Shown here in pieces: positions 63,783 through 64,000 of a DNA stretch of 64,000 nt (position 1 is the stretch's first letter; every line of letters begins with the position of its first letter). Origin of the DNA: Nitrososphaerales archaeon (GTDB lineage Archaea; Thermoproteota; Nitrososphaeria; Nitrososphaerales; UBA213); the NCBI GenBank assembly GCA_965197925.1, contig CBDAOC010000020.1:992001-1056000 (forward strand), in the 5' to 3' direction. The notes under the pieces are model-generated. The model saw nothing but the letters and a program-made list of their open reading frames with translations, did no database searches and was not told where the DNA came from. The position numbers and the translations under genes were made by a program.

Positions 63783-64000
63783 AGGAGGTACACATTTTTT
63801 ATTATTACTGATAAATTATCTTTGACTTCTTTCTCATATTATCATCACAATAACTTATATAGTGATTATAGTGATTTTAGCAATTTGTTCGGACATGTTC
63901 ATGACTAGAATAATTTATGCTGGCATAACGATCTCATTCTTGCTTTTTCTGGTGCCAACTTTAAGTTTTGGCGCTGGAAAGCAACCATGTGGATTTTCCT

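Overview
An AT-rich archaeal window, most likely from Nitrososphaerota (Thaumarchaeota). That call is inferred from the PEF[G/P]-CTERM sorting proteins, two-domain multicopper oxidase, cupredoxins and NurA. After nurA, nearly the whole window looks like an accessory island. It holds: (i) a copper/metal-acquisition cluster (2dMCO, CuA and type-1 cupredoxins, a CopC-CopD-beta-propeller fusion, five PEF-CTERM proteins, a ZIP fusion and a broken NiCoT/UreH); (ii) a multi-reader McrBC type IV restriction pair; (iii) a virus-like relic at 25.1-29.3 kb with a divergent tyrosine recombinase, a divergent RHH/RHH-SWIM regulator pair with a palindromic operator, duplicated promoters and an origin-like repeat cluster; (iv) an RNase HIII-Zn ribbon-PIN fusion beside a cas1 fragment; (v) a GC-rich vanadium haloperoxidase; (vi) a Moco biosynthesis cluster with a sulfite-oxidase-family enzyme; and (vii) many IS copies, IS relics and pseudogenes. 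No rRNA, intact tRNA or CRISPR array was seen. All family calls come from reading motifs by eye, not from database searches.
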